A stretch of DNA of 47,237 nt from Clostridiales bacterium (lineage in GTDB: Bacteria > Bacillota > Clostridia > UBA1381), in NCBI GenBank assembly GCA_029219925.1, contig JAQXUJ010000227.1:1-47237 (forward strand), read 5' to 3'. The notes under the pieces are model-generated. The model did no database searches, was not told the origin of the DNA, and saw nothing but the letters and a program-made list of their open reading frames with translations. Both the position numbers and the translations under genes were made by a program. Shown piece by piece: positions 8,981 through 18,242 of this stretch (position 1 is its first letter; every line of letters begins with the position of its first letter).

Positions 8981-9706
8981 GTGGATACGGAGTATGAGCT
9001 TTTTGAGAAATATAAGCATACCCATGACAAGAAAATAAGAGATGAGCTGGTAAATCGGTATACGTATATGGCGAAGATTCTTGCCCATAAATTTGACCGG
9101 TGCGGAGTGGAGTTTGACGATATATATCAGGTGGCATGTATGGGGGTTGTGCTGGCTTTGGAGCGGTTTGACCCGGACAGAGGGGTACAGTTTGCAACCT
9201 TTGCCACGCCTACGATAATGGGCGAAATCCGGCGGTTTTTGAGGGATAAGGCAAAATGCGTAAAGGTGCCGCGGAAGCTCTATGAGGTTTTGTGCCGTGC
9301 GGAAAGCATAAGAAAGCGTGAGGGACATGTATCGGCGGAGGAGCTGGCGCAGATGCTGGACGTGCCGGAGGAAACGGTGCTGGAGGCGTATCAGGCGGGC
9401 GACTCGGCATTTATAAAATCCCTGGAGGACGTAGCCTACACCGATGGCGGTCTTGCCGTATCGGCAATGGTTGGCTATGATGACGAGGGCTTTACCATGA
9501 TTGAGGACCGGGATTTTATGCAGTATTGTATGGACAATCTGTCGGAAAGGGAAAATATGCTGTTCAGGCTCAGATTTTACGACGGAAAAACCCAGCGCCA
9601 GACAGCGGAAAAAATGGGCGTATCCCAGATGTACGTGTCCCGCATGGAGCAGAGAATTATAGGGAAGATAAAGAAGATATACCAGAACGGCTTTGAAAGG
9701 GTGTGA
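8981..9706 (+). CDS. group-3 sigma-70 family RNA polymerase sigma factor (SigB/SigF/SigG-like)
   Basis: GTG start 4 nt after AGGTGA. Region 2 (DDIYQVACMGVVLALERFDP, FATFATPTIMGEIRRFLRD) and region 4 HTH (QRQTAEKMGVSQMYVSRME). Confidence 0.85.
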   Translation: MDTEYELFEKYKHTHDKKIRDELVNRYTYMAKILAHKFDRCGVEFDDIYQVACMGVVLALERFDPDRGVQFATFATPTIMGEIRRFLRDKAKCVKVPRKLYEVLCRAESIRKREGHVSAEELAQMLDVPEETVLEAYQAGDSAFIKSLEDVAYTDGGLAVSAMVGYDDEGFTMIEDRDFMQYCMDNLSERENMLFRLRFYDGKTQRQTAEKMGVSQMYVSRMEQRIIGKIKKIYQNGFERV

Positions 9707-9766
9707 CGGTTGTGGCGGACGCGGCGCTGTACCTGTTACGGAAATACAGAAATTGAAATAAAAACT

Positions 9767-9806
9767 AAGCACCGTAAGACATTTATCTTTCGGTGCTTTT
9801 TCTGTT
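9767..9806. terminator. bidirectional intrinsic terminator between convergent genes
   Basis: AAGCACCG (9767-9774) / CGGTGCTT (9791-9798) hairpin, with an A-run before and a T-run after. Confidence 0.7.
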
Positions 9807-10355
9807 TTAAGACTTATTTTCTCCTAAGAGAACGTTTGTTATTTTAGTATAAACCTCGTCGGGATGCGCCTTAAAATTTCTTATCATCTGAGCGGCGATT
9901 TCTCGGGTACCGGCGTAGAAGGTAAGCTCCATAAGCGGTGAAGCGCTGTCGTAAAGGGCACATTCCACGCCGAATTCGCGCTTGTTTATCTCCACCAGCT
10001 TTGCCTTAACGCTGCGCTTTAGCTGTTCCTGCTCAAAAAACGGATCGATATGTTCGGCAATCTGGTCGCGGATGTAAACGGGTATGGAATGTTCAAAAAA
10101 TCCGTTTGCCTGCACACCCTTTTCGGTCAGCTCATAAATGGGCATTTTCTCATCATAGCCGTTGGGCAGTTTGCGCACGTACTCAATCTGTACCAGATTG
10201 TCGAGGGCAATCTGAAAGTTGGCGAAATTTATATTGCAGTTGTCCAGGGTAAGGCAGGTGAGCTGGGAATGTGTAACCCGCCGTGCCGCCTTGGACAGTG
10301 TGAACAGTATGATATATTGTATCATTACGGGGTCGTCAACCTCTCTCATATACAT
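9807..10355 (-). CDS. DUF4364-family protein (winged-helix-like, function unknown)
   Basis: 182 aa. The N-terminal pattern (IQYIILFTLSKA..VTHSQLT..NFANFQIALDNLVQIEYV) matches my memory of clostridial DUF4364 proteins. GGAGG SD. Confidence 0.6.
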   Translation of the reverse strand: MYMREVDDPVMIQYIILFTLSKAARRVTHSQLTCLTLDNCNINFANFQIALDNLVQIEYVRKLPNGYDEKMPIYELTEKGVQANGFFEHSIPVYIRDQIAEHIDPFFEQEQLKRSVKAKLVEINKREFGVECALYDSASPLMELTFYAGTREIAAQMIRNFKAHPDEVYTKITNVLLGENKS

Positions 10356-10392
10356 TTTTTTATTCCTCCCGAAAAAAATATCATATTTATTA

Positions 10393-10421
10393 TAGCATAT
10401 TTTTCGAAAAAATGATATAAT
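10393..10421 (+). promoter_or_regulatory. possible promoter for the rnhB leader
   Basis: Weak -35 TAGCAT, 17-nt spacer, TGaTATAAT extended -10 (10413-10421). Confidence 0.35.
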
Positions 10422-10610
10422 AATAGAAAATATTTTACAAATTATTTAAACGGCGAACGGAGGAGTAACGTAAAAATAAGCTGCGCATCTTACCGCTTTT
10501 TGCTCGGGGCGGTACACTCGTACAGCACCGCTCGCTGCAAAGCGGCAATCTGCTTGCTTCTTTTTACGTTGAATTTGTGCTGCCGCACGGCGGCGGAATG
10601 GAGGAATAAT

Positions 10611-11255
10611 ATGGCAAGACTTACGGAGGAGGAAGAGCTGAAGCGACAGGCGGTTATGCTGGAACGGGAGCGTCAGCTGTGGAGTTCGGGATACAAATAC
10701 ATAGCGGGCGTGGACGAAGCTGGCAGAGGACCGCTGGCGGGACCGGTCTATGCGGCGGCGGTTATACTGCCGGAGGACATACGCCTGGACGGAATAAATG
10801 ATTCAAAAAAGCTGTCGCCGAAAAAACGGGAGGAGCTGTTCGAAGAAATCAAGGCATCTGCCGCCGCCTATGCGGTATGGTCGGTGGACGAGAGAGTTAT
10901 CGACGAGGTGAATATTTTAAACGCCACATATATGGCGATGAACGGCGCTGTTTCGGCGATTTCGGTGAGGCCCGGCTATGTGCTGATAGACGGAAACAGC
11001 ATAAGGGGAATGGAAATTCCTCATGAAACCATGGTAAAGGGTGACGCAAAGAGCATGTCGATTGCGGCGGCATCGATTATGGCGAAGGTGTCCAGAGACA
11101 GGTATATTATCGAGATGGCGGAAAAATATCCGGAATACGGCTTTGAGCGGCACAAGGGCTACGGAACGAAGGAACATACCGAGGCGATTTTGAAGTACGG
11201 TCCCTGTCCGATACACAGAAAAACCTTCTTGAAAAAGCTGTTGGGGGAGATATAA
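10611..11255 (+). CDS. rnhB: ribonuclease HII
   Basis: ORF 10500..11255. Start moved to ATG 10611 (MARLTEEE) after a GGAGG SD. GVDEAGRGPLAGPV catalytic motif, DSKKL, HKGYGT. Confidence 0.9.
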   Translation: MARLTEEEELKRQAVMLERERQLWSSGYKYIAGVDEAGRGPLAGPVYAAAVILPEDIRLDGINDSKKLSPKKREELFEEIKASAAAYAVWSVDERVIDEVNILNATYMAMNGAVSAISVRPGYVLIDGNSIRGMEIPHETMVKGDAKSMSIAAASIMAKVSRDRYIIEMAEKYPEYGFERHKGYGTKEHTEAILKYGPCPIHRKTFLKKLLGEI

Positions 11256-11611
11256 TGACAACCAAGGAAATAGGAGATTTTGGCGAAAAAGCGGCGTGCC
11301 GATACCTGAAAAGACGGGGCATGGAGATTGTGGAACGCAATTTCCGCACCCGTTCGGGCGAGATTGATATTATCGCAAAGGACGGCTCTGCCACGGTGTT
11401 TGTGGAGGTAAAAACCCGGCGTACAAAGGATTTCGGCAATCCCGGAGAGTTTGTGGATTACAGAAAGCAGGAGAAAATCATGAAAACCGCGGTTTACTAT
11501 CTCGGCAGAGATGATGTGGAAATGCGCTTTGACGTGATTGAGGTGCTTTATCGGGTCAGGCTGGGAAAGCCGTGGGTTTCGGAGATAAATCATATAGAAA
11601 ATGCATTTTAG
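11255..11611 (+). CDS. yraN: YraN-family (UPF0102) endonuclease-like protein
   Basis: 118 aa with GEIDIIA..VFVEVKTR motif. TAATG overlap with the rnhB stop. Confidence 0.85.
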   Translation: MTTKEIGDFGEKAACRYLKRRGMEIVERNFRTRSGEIDIIAKDGSATVFVEVKTRRTKDFGNPGEFVDYRKQEKIMKTAVYYLGRDDVEMRFDVIEVLYRVRLGKPWVSEINHIENAF

Positions 11612-11643
11612 GTTAGCGGAAATTGAATAGTGAGGGGGATTTA

Positions 11644-12549
11644 ATGAAGGATTTTATAATCTTTGATACACATTCGGATACCATGAGTGAGCTATTAAAT
11701 CAAAATAAGCGCCTGTCGGAAAACGATATGCATATTGACATGAAGCGCATGTCGGAGTACAAATCGTACACGCAGGTATTTGCGGCGTTCATTGACCCGG
11801 AGTATAAGGACTGCGCCATGGAGCGGGCGGAACAGGTTATCGGCTGTTTTTACCGTGAGACGGAGGCAAACGGGATAACGGTATGCAGGAGCTATTCCGA
11901 ATGGGAGCGGGCAAAAACTCCGGTCAAGGCGTTTCTGAGCCTGGAGGGAGGCGAGCCGATAGGCAGTATTGAGGATTTACATAAGCTGTACGGATTGGGG
12001 GTGCGCATGATTGCACTGACCTGGAACTTCCGCAATCGTCTTGCCTGCGGCGTATGCGAGGAGGAGGACACAGGGCTGACCGATTTTGGGCGCAGGATTG
12101 TACGGGAGATGGACCGGCTGGGGATAATTCTGGACGTGTCGCATTTAAGTCCCAAATCCTTTTGGGACGCAGCGGAAATATGGGATAAACCCCTGTGTGC
12201 CAGCCATTCCTGCTCAAAGACGGTGCATGACCATGTACGAAATCTGACCGATGAGCAGTTCCTTAAAATCAAGGAAAGCCGCGGCGTTGTGGGAATTAAT
12301 TTTTATCCCGACTTTCTTGGAGGTGATATTGGCGATATAAAGCGCCATATTGACCGGTTCTTGCAGCTTGGCGGAGAGGACAATATTGGTCTTGGGAGTG
12401 ACTTTGACGGCGTGGAGAGGCTTCCCGCCGGAGTGAACGGCGTTCAGGATATGGATAAGGTAATAATGTCGCTGCCCTATGAAACAAAGCTTAGGGAAAA
12501 GATTGCCTATCGCAATTTTTTGCGGCTGTTCAAGGAATACGATTGTTAA
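11644..12549 (+). CDS. membrane-dipeptidase family (M19) dipeptidase
   Basis: ORF 11623..12549. Start moved to ATG 11644 after a GAGGGGGA SD. FDTHSDT, LTWN, DVSH, GSDFDG metal-ligand motifs. Confidence 0.85.
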   Translation: MKDFIIFDTHSDTMSELLNQNKRLSENDMHIDMKRMSEYKSYTQVFAAFIDPEYKDCAMERAEQVIGCFYRETEANGITVCRSYSEWERAKTPVKAFLSLEGGEPIGSIEDLHKLYGLGVRMIALTWNFRNRLACGVCEEEDTGLTDFGRRIVREMDRLGIILDVSHLSPKSFWDAAEIWDKPLCASHSCSKTVHDHVRNLTDEQFLKIKESRGVVGINFYPDFLGGDIGDIKRHIDRFLQLGGEDNIGLGSDFDGVERLPAGVNGVQDMDKVIMSLPYETKLREKIAYRNFLRLFKEYDC

Positions 12550-12621
12550 TTATGCATAGATATGTATAAAAATGCAATGATATTTTGTGAGATAAATTAT
12601 GAAATTTTATATACTGCGATA

Positions 12622-12650
12622 TTGCATTTAAGGCAAAAAAGTGGTATAAT
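12622..12650 (+). promoter_or_regulatory. sigma-A promoter of the aminotransferase gene
   Basis: TTGCAT (12622-12627), 17-nt spacer, TGgTATAAT (12642-12650). Confidence 0.55.
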
Positions 12651-12711
12651 TAAAGTATAATTTTTACTAAAATGAAATTTCATAGACAAGAAAATTCATA
12701 TGGAGGGCGTT

Positions 12712-13905
12712 ATGATTTCAAAAAAAGCATCGCAGGTGTCGCCGTCGCCGACGCTGGCAATAGACTCAAAATTTAAGGAAATGAAGGCAAACGGCATTGA
12801 CGTAGTAGGTTTTGGCTGCGGCGAGCCGGATTTTGACACGCCCGAGCATATTAAGGAAGCGGCGATTGCGGCGATTTTGCGTGGAGAAACAAAGTACACG
12901 CCGGCGGCAGGTACGCTGAAGCTGCGCAAGGCTGTGGCGGATAAGTTCATGAGGGAGAACGGTCTTTCCTATAAGCCGACGGATATTGTGGTATCAAACG
13001 GTGCCAAGCATTCGCTTATAAACGCATTTACGGCGATTTTAAATCCCGGCGACGAGGTGCTTGTGCCGGCGCCCTACTGGGTAAGCTATCCGGAGATGAT
13101 TAAGCTGGCGGACGGTGTGCCGGTGATTGTAAATACCAGCGAGGATGAGGAGTTCAAGGTGAATCCTGTCATGCTGGAGGCGGCTGTAACGCCGAAAACA
13201 AAGGCAATGGTAATAAACAGTCCTTCAAATCCCACGGGCATGGTTTATACTGAGGAGGAGCTGCGAGCCATTGCGGAGTTTGCGGTTTCGCATAACCTGT
13301 ATGTTATTTCGGACGAAATTTACGAGCATCTGATTTATGAGGGAAAGCATGTAAGTATTGCGTCCTTCAACGATAAGATAAAGGATTTAACGGTGGTGGT
13401 AAACGGCGTATCCAAGACCTTTGCCATGACAGGCTGGCGAATCGGCTATGCGGCGGCGAACCCTGAAATTGCCGCAGCCATGTCAAGTATACAGTCCCAT
13501 GCGGCGTCCAACCCCAACTCCATAGCTCAGGAGGCGGCATATGCGGCGCTGGAGGGCGGCATGGAGGCGGCGGAAAAGATGCGTAAGCAGTTTAAGCGCC
13601 GTCGTGATTTCATGGTGGATATGTTTAGCAGTATCGACGGAGTATCGTGCAGTAAGCCTCACGGCGCATTTTATATCATGATGAATATTGACGAGCTTAT
13701 CGGAAAAACTCTGTACGGAACGACAATCCGCAATGCGGATGATTTTGCGCAGCTGTTTTTGGATGTTGCCAAGGTTGCGGTGGTTCCGGGAACGGGATTC
13801 GGAGTGAACAATTACGTGCGCTGGTCCTACGCAACCAGCATGGACAACATTGTTGAAGGCATAGAAAGGCTGAAAAAGTTTTTGCAGGCAGCAAATTTTC
13901 AGTAA
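12712..13905 (+). CDS. pyridoxal-phosphate aminotransferase, class I (aspartate aminotransferase-like)
   Basis: ORF 12700..13905. ATG 12712 preferred because the GGAGGG SD lies 5 nt upstream. SNGAKH, SPSNPTG and SKTFAMTGWRIGY (PLP lysine) motifs. Confidence 0.9.
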   Translation: MISKKASQVSPSPTLAIDSKFKEMKANGIDVVGFGCGEPDFDTPEHIKEAAIAAILRGETKYTPAAGTLKLRKAVADKFMRENGLSYKPTDIVVSNGAKHSLINAFTAILNPGDEVLVPAPYWVSYPEMIKLADGVPVIVNTSEDEEFKVNPVMLEAAVTPKTKAMVINSPSNPTGMVYTEEELRAIAEFAVSHNLYVISDEIYEHLIYEGKHVSIASFNDKIKDLTVVVNGVSKTFAMTGWRIGYAAANPEIAAAMSSIQSHAASNPNSIAQEAAYAALEGGMEAAEKMRKQFKRRRDFMVDMFSSIDGVSCSKPHGAFYIMMNIDELIGKTLYGTTIRNADDFAQLFLDVAKVAVVPGTGFGVNNYVRWSYATSMDNIVEGIERLKKFLQAANFQ

Positions 13906-13923
13906 AAAAACGGAATGTTGAAG

Positions 13924-13970
13924 CCCCTTTGCGAATAGTATTTATTACTATGTACAAAGGGGATTTTTTT
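13924..13970 (+). terminator. hairpin plus T-run after the aminotransferase gene, overlapping the next SD
   Basis: CCCCTTTG (13924-13931) / CAAAGGGG (13955-13962), then ATTTTTTT. The loop is large (23 nt). Confidence 0.45.
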
Positions 13971-14534
13971 ATGGTGAAAAACTTTCGGACGCTGATTTTT
14001 TTTGTATTTCTGGCGTTGTACGGGCTGGGGGTATGTATCGGAGGGGTGCGGCAGGTAAAAACCAATGCGCAGACCGAAATGTACGAATATCTGACGGGAG
14101 CTGTATCGGGCTACGACGCAACGGCTGCGTCGAGCATAAAAAGCGTTGCCAAGGATAACGCGGTTCTGCTTGTGGTATTAGCTGTGTCGGGACTGTGCCG
14201 TCCTCTGTCGGTGCTGGCGGCGGCAGCAATGGCGGCGAAAGGCTATGTTACGGGATTTTCAATAACCGCCATACTACGTCTGTGCGGATTGAAGGGAATA
14301 TTTTTATGCACCGCAAATCTGCTGTCGGTCATGCTTACCGTGCCGGCGGTGGCATATTTCGGCGCGTCGTCGGCGGAAAACCTGTTCAAAAATAGGGGAG
14401 ACAGGATTTTTTATAAATATTATCTGATTTTATTAATAATTTTGACCGCAATATTTTGTGTGGATAGTCTTGCCAGAGGCGTTTTCTCAACAATATTTAT
14501 GAAATTTGCGGCGTCTTTTACAAAAACTGCCTGA
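13971..14534 (+). CDS. polytopic membrane protein, SpoIIM-like (stage II sporulation protein M family)
   Basis: ORF 13929..14534. Start moved to ATG 13971. Size, TM layout and position next to xerD (as in B. subtilis) fit SpoIIM. No decisive motif seen. Confidence 0.45.
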   Translation: MVKNFRTLIFFVFLALYGLGVCIGGVRQVKTNAQTEMYEYLTGAVSGYDATAASSIKSVAKDNAVLLVVLAVSGLCRPLSVLAAAAMAAKGYVTGFSITAILRLCGLKGIFLCTANLLSVMLTVPAVAYFGASSAENLFKNRGDRIFYKYYLILLIILTAIFCVDSLARGVFSTIFMKFAASFTKTA

Positions 14535-14544
14535 AAAAAAACAG

Positions 14545-14573
14545 TTGTATAAATAGAAAAAACGTGATAAAAT
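14545..14573 (+). promoter_or_regulatory. possible promoter of xerD
   Basis: TTGTAT (14545-14550), 17-nt spacer, TGaTAAAAT (14565-14573). Confidence 0.45.
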
Positions 14574-14665
14574 AAAGAAATAGGGAAAAAAAACGAATTT
14601 TGCCGAAAAATCAGGAAAAAACGTCATCGGACTTTTTCGTATCATTTTGTGAAGGGAGGATTGTC

Positions 14666-15550
14666 ATGCAGGAGCTGCTGGACGGATTTGTTGTTTCGCT
14701 GTCGGGAGCGGACAAAAAATCCCGGAATACCGTTTTGTCATATAAGCGCGACATTGCACATTACATAGACTACCTGAAAAGCAACGGAGTTGACAGCATA
14801 AAAAAAACCGACCGTCAGACGGTCATTACATATCTGCTGTTTCTGAAACGCCACGGACGGGCGTCCTCAACAATTTCACGCAATCTTGCATCGCTGCGCT
14901 CCTTTTACATGTACGTTATTGACAGCGGTGTGAATATGAACGATCCCACCATGAATCTTGAAACGCCGAGGACAGTACGGAAGGAGCCGGGAGTGCTGAC
15001 AACTCAGGAAGTGGATTTGCTCCTGTCCCAGCCGAAAAGTACCGACGCCAAGGGATGTCGGGATAAGGCTATGCTGGAGCTTTTGTACGCAACGGGGATA
15101 AAGGTTTCGGAGCTTATCAATCTGCGGGTGGATGACGTGAACATAGGAATGGGACTGCTGCATTGCAGGACAGCTTCTCATGAACGGGTAGTTCCAATCG
15201 GGCATATTGCCTCGTCGGTGGTGGCGAATTATATTGAGCGTGTGCGTCCCAACCTTGTGCTTAACGAAAATATTCCGTATCTGTTTTTAAACCGTAGCGG
15301 AATGCAGCTGTCGAGGCAGGGGTTTTGGAAAATTCTTAAGCATTACGGCAAAACTGCCGGAATAAATAAGGAGATTACTCCGTACACACTGCGCCATTCC
15401 TTTGCCATGCACCTGCTTGAAAACGGCGCGGATTTAGAGGCGATACGCCAGCTTTTGGGGCATACCGATATTTCCGCCACGCAGATTTACTCAAAGATGC
15501 TGGACAGCCGGATTAAGGAAGTTTACGAAAAAGCGCATCCCAGAGCATAA
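14666..15550 (+). CDS. xerD: site-specific tyrosine recombinase XerD/XerC family
   Basis: ORF 14600..15550. Start moved to ATG 14666 after a GGGAGGA SD. Catalytic R..HxxR..Y pattern (TLRHSFAMHLLENGADL, LGHTDISATQIY). Confidence 0.8.
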   Translation: MQELLDGFVVSLSGADKKSRNTVLSYKRDIAHYIDYLKSNGVDSIKKTDRQTVITYLLFLKRHGRASSTISRNLASLRSFYMYVIDSGVNMNDPTMNLETPRTVRKEPGVLTTQEVDLLLSQPKSTDAKGCRDKAMLELLYATGIKVSELINLRVDDVNIGMGLLHCRTASHERVVPIGHIASSVVANYIERVRPNLVLNENIPYLFLNRSGMQLSRQGFWKILKHYGKTAGINKEITPYTLRHSFAMHLLENGADLEAIRQLLGHTDISATQIYSKMLDSRIKEVYEKAHPRA

Positions 15551-15551
15551 T

Positions 15552-15586
15552 AAAAGCTCTTGAAATCCGATTTCAAGAGCTTTTTT
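15552..15586. terminator. bidirectional intrinsic terminator
   Basis: 14-bp perfect stem AAAAGCTCTTGAAA / TTTCAAGAGCTTTT with a 5-nt loop, between convergent xerD and the ABC ATPase gene. Confidence 0.8.
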
Positions 15587-15641
15587 ATATTGTATATCAA
15601 TTTTGAAAAGTCTTAGTAATACAGTAATGCAAACCGTAATT

Positions 15642-16424
15642 TTACATTCGGACATTGGATAAAAATTCCCGCAGGCGTTGGCTTTGCGGCCGTTCAAAAA
15701 TATCTTCGGGCGAGCCCTCCTCGGCAATCACGCCATTATCCATAAACACAACCCTGTCGGATACGTTGCGTGCGAACGCCATTTCGTGAGTTACGATTAT
15801 CATTGTCATATCGCGGTCGGCAAGGGATTTAATAACCTTTAAAACCTCGTTTGTAATTTCGGGGTCAAGTGCGGATGTGGGCTCGTCAAACAGCATGATT
15901 TCGGGGTTAAGGGCAAGTGCACGGCAGATAGCCACACGCTGCTGCTGACCTCCGGACAGCTCACAGGGGTAATTATCGTACTTATCGCTGAGCCCGGCGC
16001 TGTTCATGAGCTTCTTTGCATTTTCCACAATCTCTGCATAAATTCTGTCCTTGCTTCCGCTGAAATCGGGGCGTTCCTTTGCCAGCAGCTTTGGCGCAAG
16101 AATGACGTTTTCAAGAGCTGTATACTGAGGAAACAGGTTAAAGGACTGGAACACAAATCCGAATTTCAGCTGATTTTTTCTTAGCTGAGCAGCGGTCATT
16201 TTCTGCTTTGTCGCACCGTCGAAGATGGTTTCGCCGCCTAAAATAATCTGCCCTTTATCCGCTTTTTCAAGGAAGTTTATACAGCGAAGGAGTGTGGTTT
16301 TTCCGCTTCCCGAGGAGCCGATGACAGACACGACCTCGCCCTTTTCCATTGAGAAGGACACGTCCTTTAAAACCTTGGTTTTTCCGAAGTCTTTCATTAG
16401 GTTTTTAATTTCTAATATTGGCAT
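15642..16424 (-). CDS. amino-acid ABC transporter ATP-binding protein
   Basis: [15 protein letters not shown] Walker [12 protein letters not shown] signature, [11 protein letters not shown] Walker B. GlnQ/ArtP-like length (260 aa). Confidence 0.9.
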   Translation of the reverse strand: MPILEIKNLMKDFGKTKVLKDVSFSMEKGEVVSVIGSSGSGKTTLLRCINFLEKADKGQIILGGETIFDGATKQKMTAAQLRKNQLKFGFVFQSFNLFPQYTALENVILAPKLLAKERPDFSGSKDRIYAEIVENAKKLMNSAGLSDKYDNYPCELSGGQQQRVAICRALALNPEIMLFDEPTSALDPEITNEVLKVIKSLADRDMTMIIVTHEMAFARNVSDRVVFMDNGVIAEEGSPEDIFERPQSQRLREFLSNVRM

Positions 16425-16437
16425 ATCCGGTCCCTCC

Positions 16438-17076
16438 TTAACTCTTGTAATAATTCAGTTTTTTCTCGATGAAGCCAAACAGCAGGGTCAGAATACCGTT
16501 GAAGGCAAGGAAATAGATTGATGTCGAGAAAAGCGGTGCGATAAGTCCTTTTTTTGTAAATCTCTCGGCACACATAAGAATTTCCGCAACTCCGACGATA
16601 CGTGCAAGAGAGGTATCCTTAACAAGGGTGATTACCTCGTTGCTCATGGGTGGGGTAATGCGTTTGATCACCTGGAACAGCACAACCTTAAAGAATACCT
16701 GAGGCTTAGTCATGCCGAGAACCTGTCCCGCCTCGTACTGACCGCGGGGTATGCTTTCAATTCCGCCGCGGTATATTTCGGAAAAGTATGCGGCGTAATT
16801 GATTACAAAAGCTATCAAAACAGCCGTCATACGAGATTGCATTGGCATATCAAAAAGCAGTCCCGGCGCATACAGTACAACCATTATCTGGAGCATAAGT
16901 GGTGTTCCTCGGATAATCCAAACAAAGGTTTTGGTCAGCCATTTCAGCGGCTTGAATTTCGACATTGAGCCGAAGGTGATGACCAATCCCAGGGGAATTG
17001 CCATCAGGAGCGTCATGGCGAAGATAAAGCAGTTCTGTCCGAAGCCCTGAATCAGTGATTTTGTAACTTCATTCAT
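16438..17076 (-). CDS. amino-acid ABC transporter permease
   Basis: ORF 16438..17124. Start moved to ATG 17076 (MNEVTKS) after a GGAGG SD. EAA-type loop ([21 protein letters not shown]). Confidence 0.9.
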   Translation of the reverse strand: MNEVTKSLIQGFGQNCFIFAMTLLMAIPLGLVITFGSMSKFKPLKWLTKTFVWIIRGTPLMLQIMVVLYAPGLLFDMPMQSRMTAVLIAFVINYAAYFSEIYRGGIESIPRGQYEAGQVLGMTKPQVFFKVVLFQVIKRITPPMSNEVITLVKDTSLARIVGVAEILMCAERFTKKGLIAPLFSTSIYFLAFNGILTLLFGFIEKKLNYYKS

Positions 17077-17092
17077 AATTAATTCCTCCAAT

Positions 17093-18157
17093 TTAAAGGT
17101 TCTCTGTCCTGATGATAGCGTCAAAGAGCATATCTGCGGTTATTTCGTATGGAATAACCTCCATGTCCGGGTCGGATACGGCGGATTGCAGGACATTGTC
17201 AAATGCTTGTCGTTGGGGTATAATGCCGCGCTCCGAAAGAGTTGTTTCGATGCCGATGCTCTTCAGAAAATTTTTCAGTCTTACCGCCTCGTCGATATTT
17301 CCGTCAAGGACCAGCTGAACGATGGACGCATAGCCTACCACGTCGCCGTGGAGGAACTTTTTTTCAAAGCCGTCAAGGTTGGTAAGTCCATAGAAAAGCG
17401 CATGAGCCGCCGCACCGTTAAACTTCTCATTAATCAGCATGGATACCATACCGGTGCTTATAAGAATTATAAGAATAACGTTTTCGAGAGAATCCGAAAT
17501 GCGCCGGTTTTTACAGTCGTCAAGCGCCGCCGCAGCGTCGGCGAAGAGGGGCTTGTTGCACATTCCGCTTATGCACAGCGCCATCTCGTCGGCGTATGAT
17601 TTATGGGCGTTCCGGGCAGAAAATTCTGCCTCATAATATTTGGCGAGGGTATCGCCTATGCCGGCGCGAAGGTATTTTACCGGCGCGTCTGCGATTATTT
17701 GCGTGTCTATAAAGCAATGATACGCCGGCTTGTCGTAGTGCCAGAAGCCTTCAAAGACGTGGTTCTTTGCGTAAACAACAGATAGTGCGGAGGAAGCGGC
17801 ACAGGTGGAAGCAATGGTAGGAACGGTGACAACGGGCGTACCCAGGAGATATGCCGTGCCTTTGGCGGTATCGAGGGCTTTTCCGCCGCCGACGCCTATA
17901 ACGAAATCGATGTCGGCACCCTTGTAGGTTTCGTAAAGCTCACGCATGCGCTCGGAATAGCATTCGTTGCCGTAGATAACGGTATCTGCAATATCAAACT
18001 GTCCGTCAAGAGCAGTTTTCAGCTTATCCAGCGATTTTGAAAGGGCGGTTTTTCCGCCGATAATGAGAACACGTCTGCCCAGAGGCACGCATATTACCGC
18101 AATTTTATTGAAAGCGTCACTGCCGATAGTATAGCCACAAAAGTAATTTTCCTTCAT
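17093..18157 (-). CDS. iron-containing alcohol dehydrogenase family protein (glycerol dehydrogenase-like)
   Basis: ORF 17093..18232. Start moved to ATG 18157 (MKENYF) after a GGAGG SD. GVGGGKALDTAKG nucleotide-binding motif and conserved D/H metal-ligand region (GIGDTLAKYYE, AAHALFYG). Confidence 0.8.
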   Translation of the reverse strand: MKENYFCGYTIGSDAFNKIAVICVPLGRRVLIIGGKTALSKSLDKLKTALDGQFDIADTVIYGNECYSERMRELYETYKGADIDFVIGVGGGKALDTAKGTAYLLGTPVVTVPTIASTCAASSALSVVYAKNHVFEGFWHYDKPAYHCFIDTQIIADAPVKYLRAGIGDTLAKYYEAEFSARNAHKSYADEMALCISGMCNKPLFADAAAALDDCKNRRISDSLENVILIILISTGMVSMLINEKFNGAAAHALFYGLTNLDGFEKKFLHGDVVGYASIVQLVLDGNIDEAVRLKNFLKSIGIETTLSERGIIPQRQAFDNVLQSAVSDPDMEVIPYEITADMLFDAIIRTENL

Positions 18158-18177
18158 GTATTTCCTCCGAATATCCC

Positions 18178-18220
18178 TAAAAACACGGAAAAAGCCTACA
18201 GAATTTGTACGCTTTTTCCG
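18178..18220 (-). terminator. intra-operon hairpin plus T-run (attenuator) after the binding-protein gene
   Basis: On the minus strand, CGGAAAAAGC / GCTTTTTCCG is a 10-bp stem (18186-18220) followed by TGTTTTT. It sits between the SBP stop and the dehydrogenase start. Confidence 0.55.
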
Positions 18221-18242
18221 GAAAGGTATCAAAAATGTTGAA

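Noticed and set aside
10500-10610. N-terminal extension of RNase HII from TTG 10500 (MLGAVHSYSTARCKAAICLLLF...).
   Set aside because: There is no SD. The extension is Cys/Leu-rich, overlaps the leader hairpin and has no counterpart in RnhB. ATG 10611 has a GGAGG SD.
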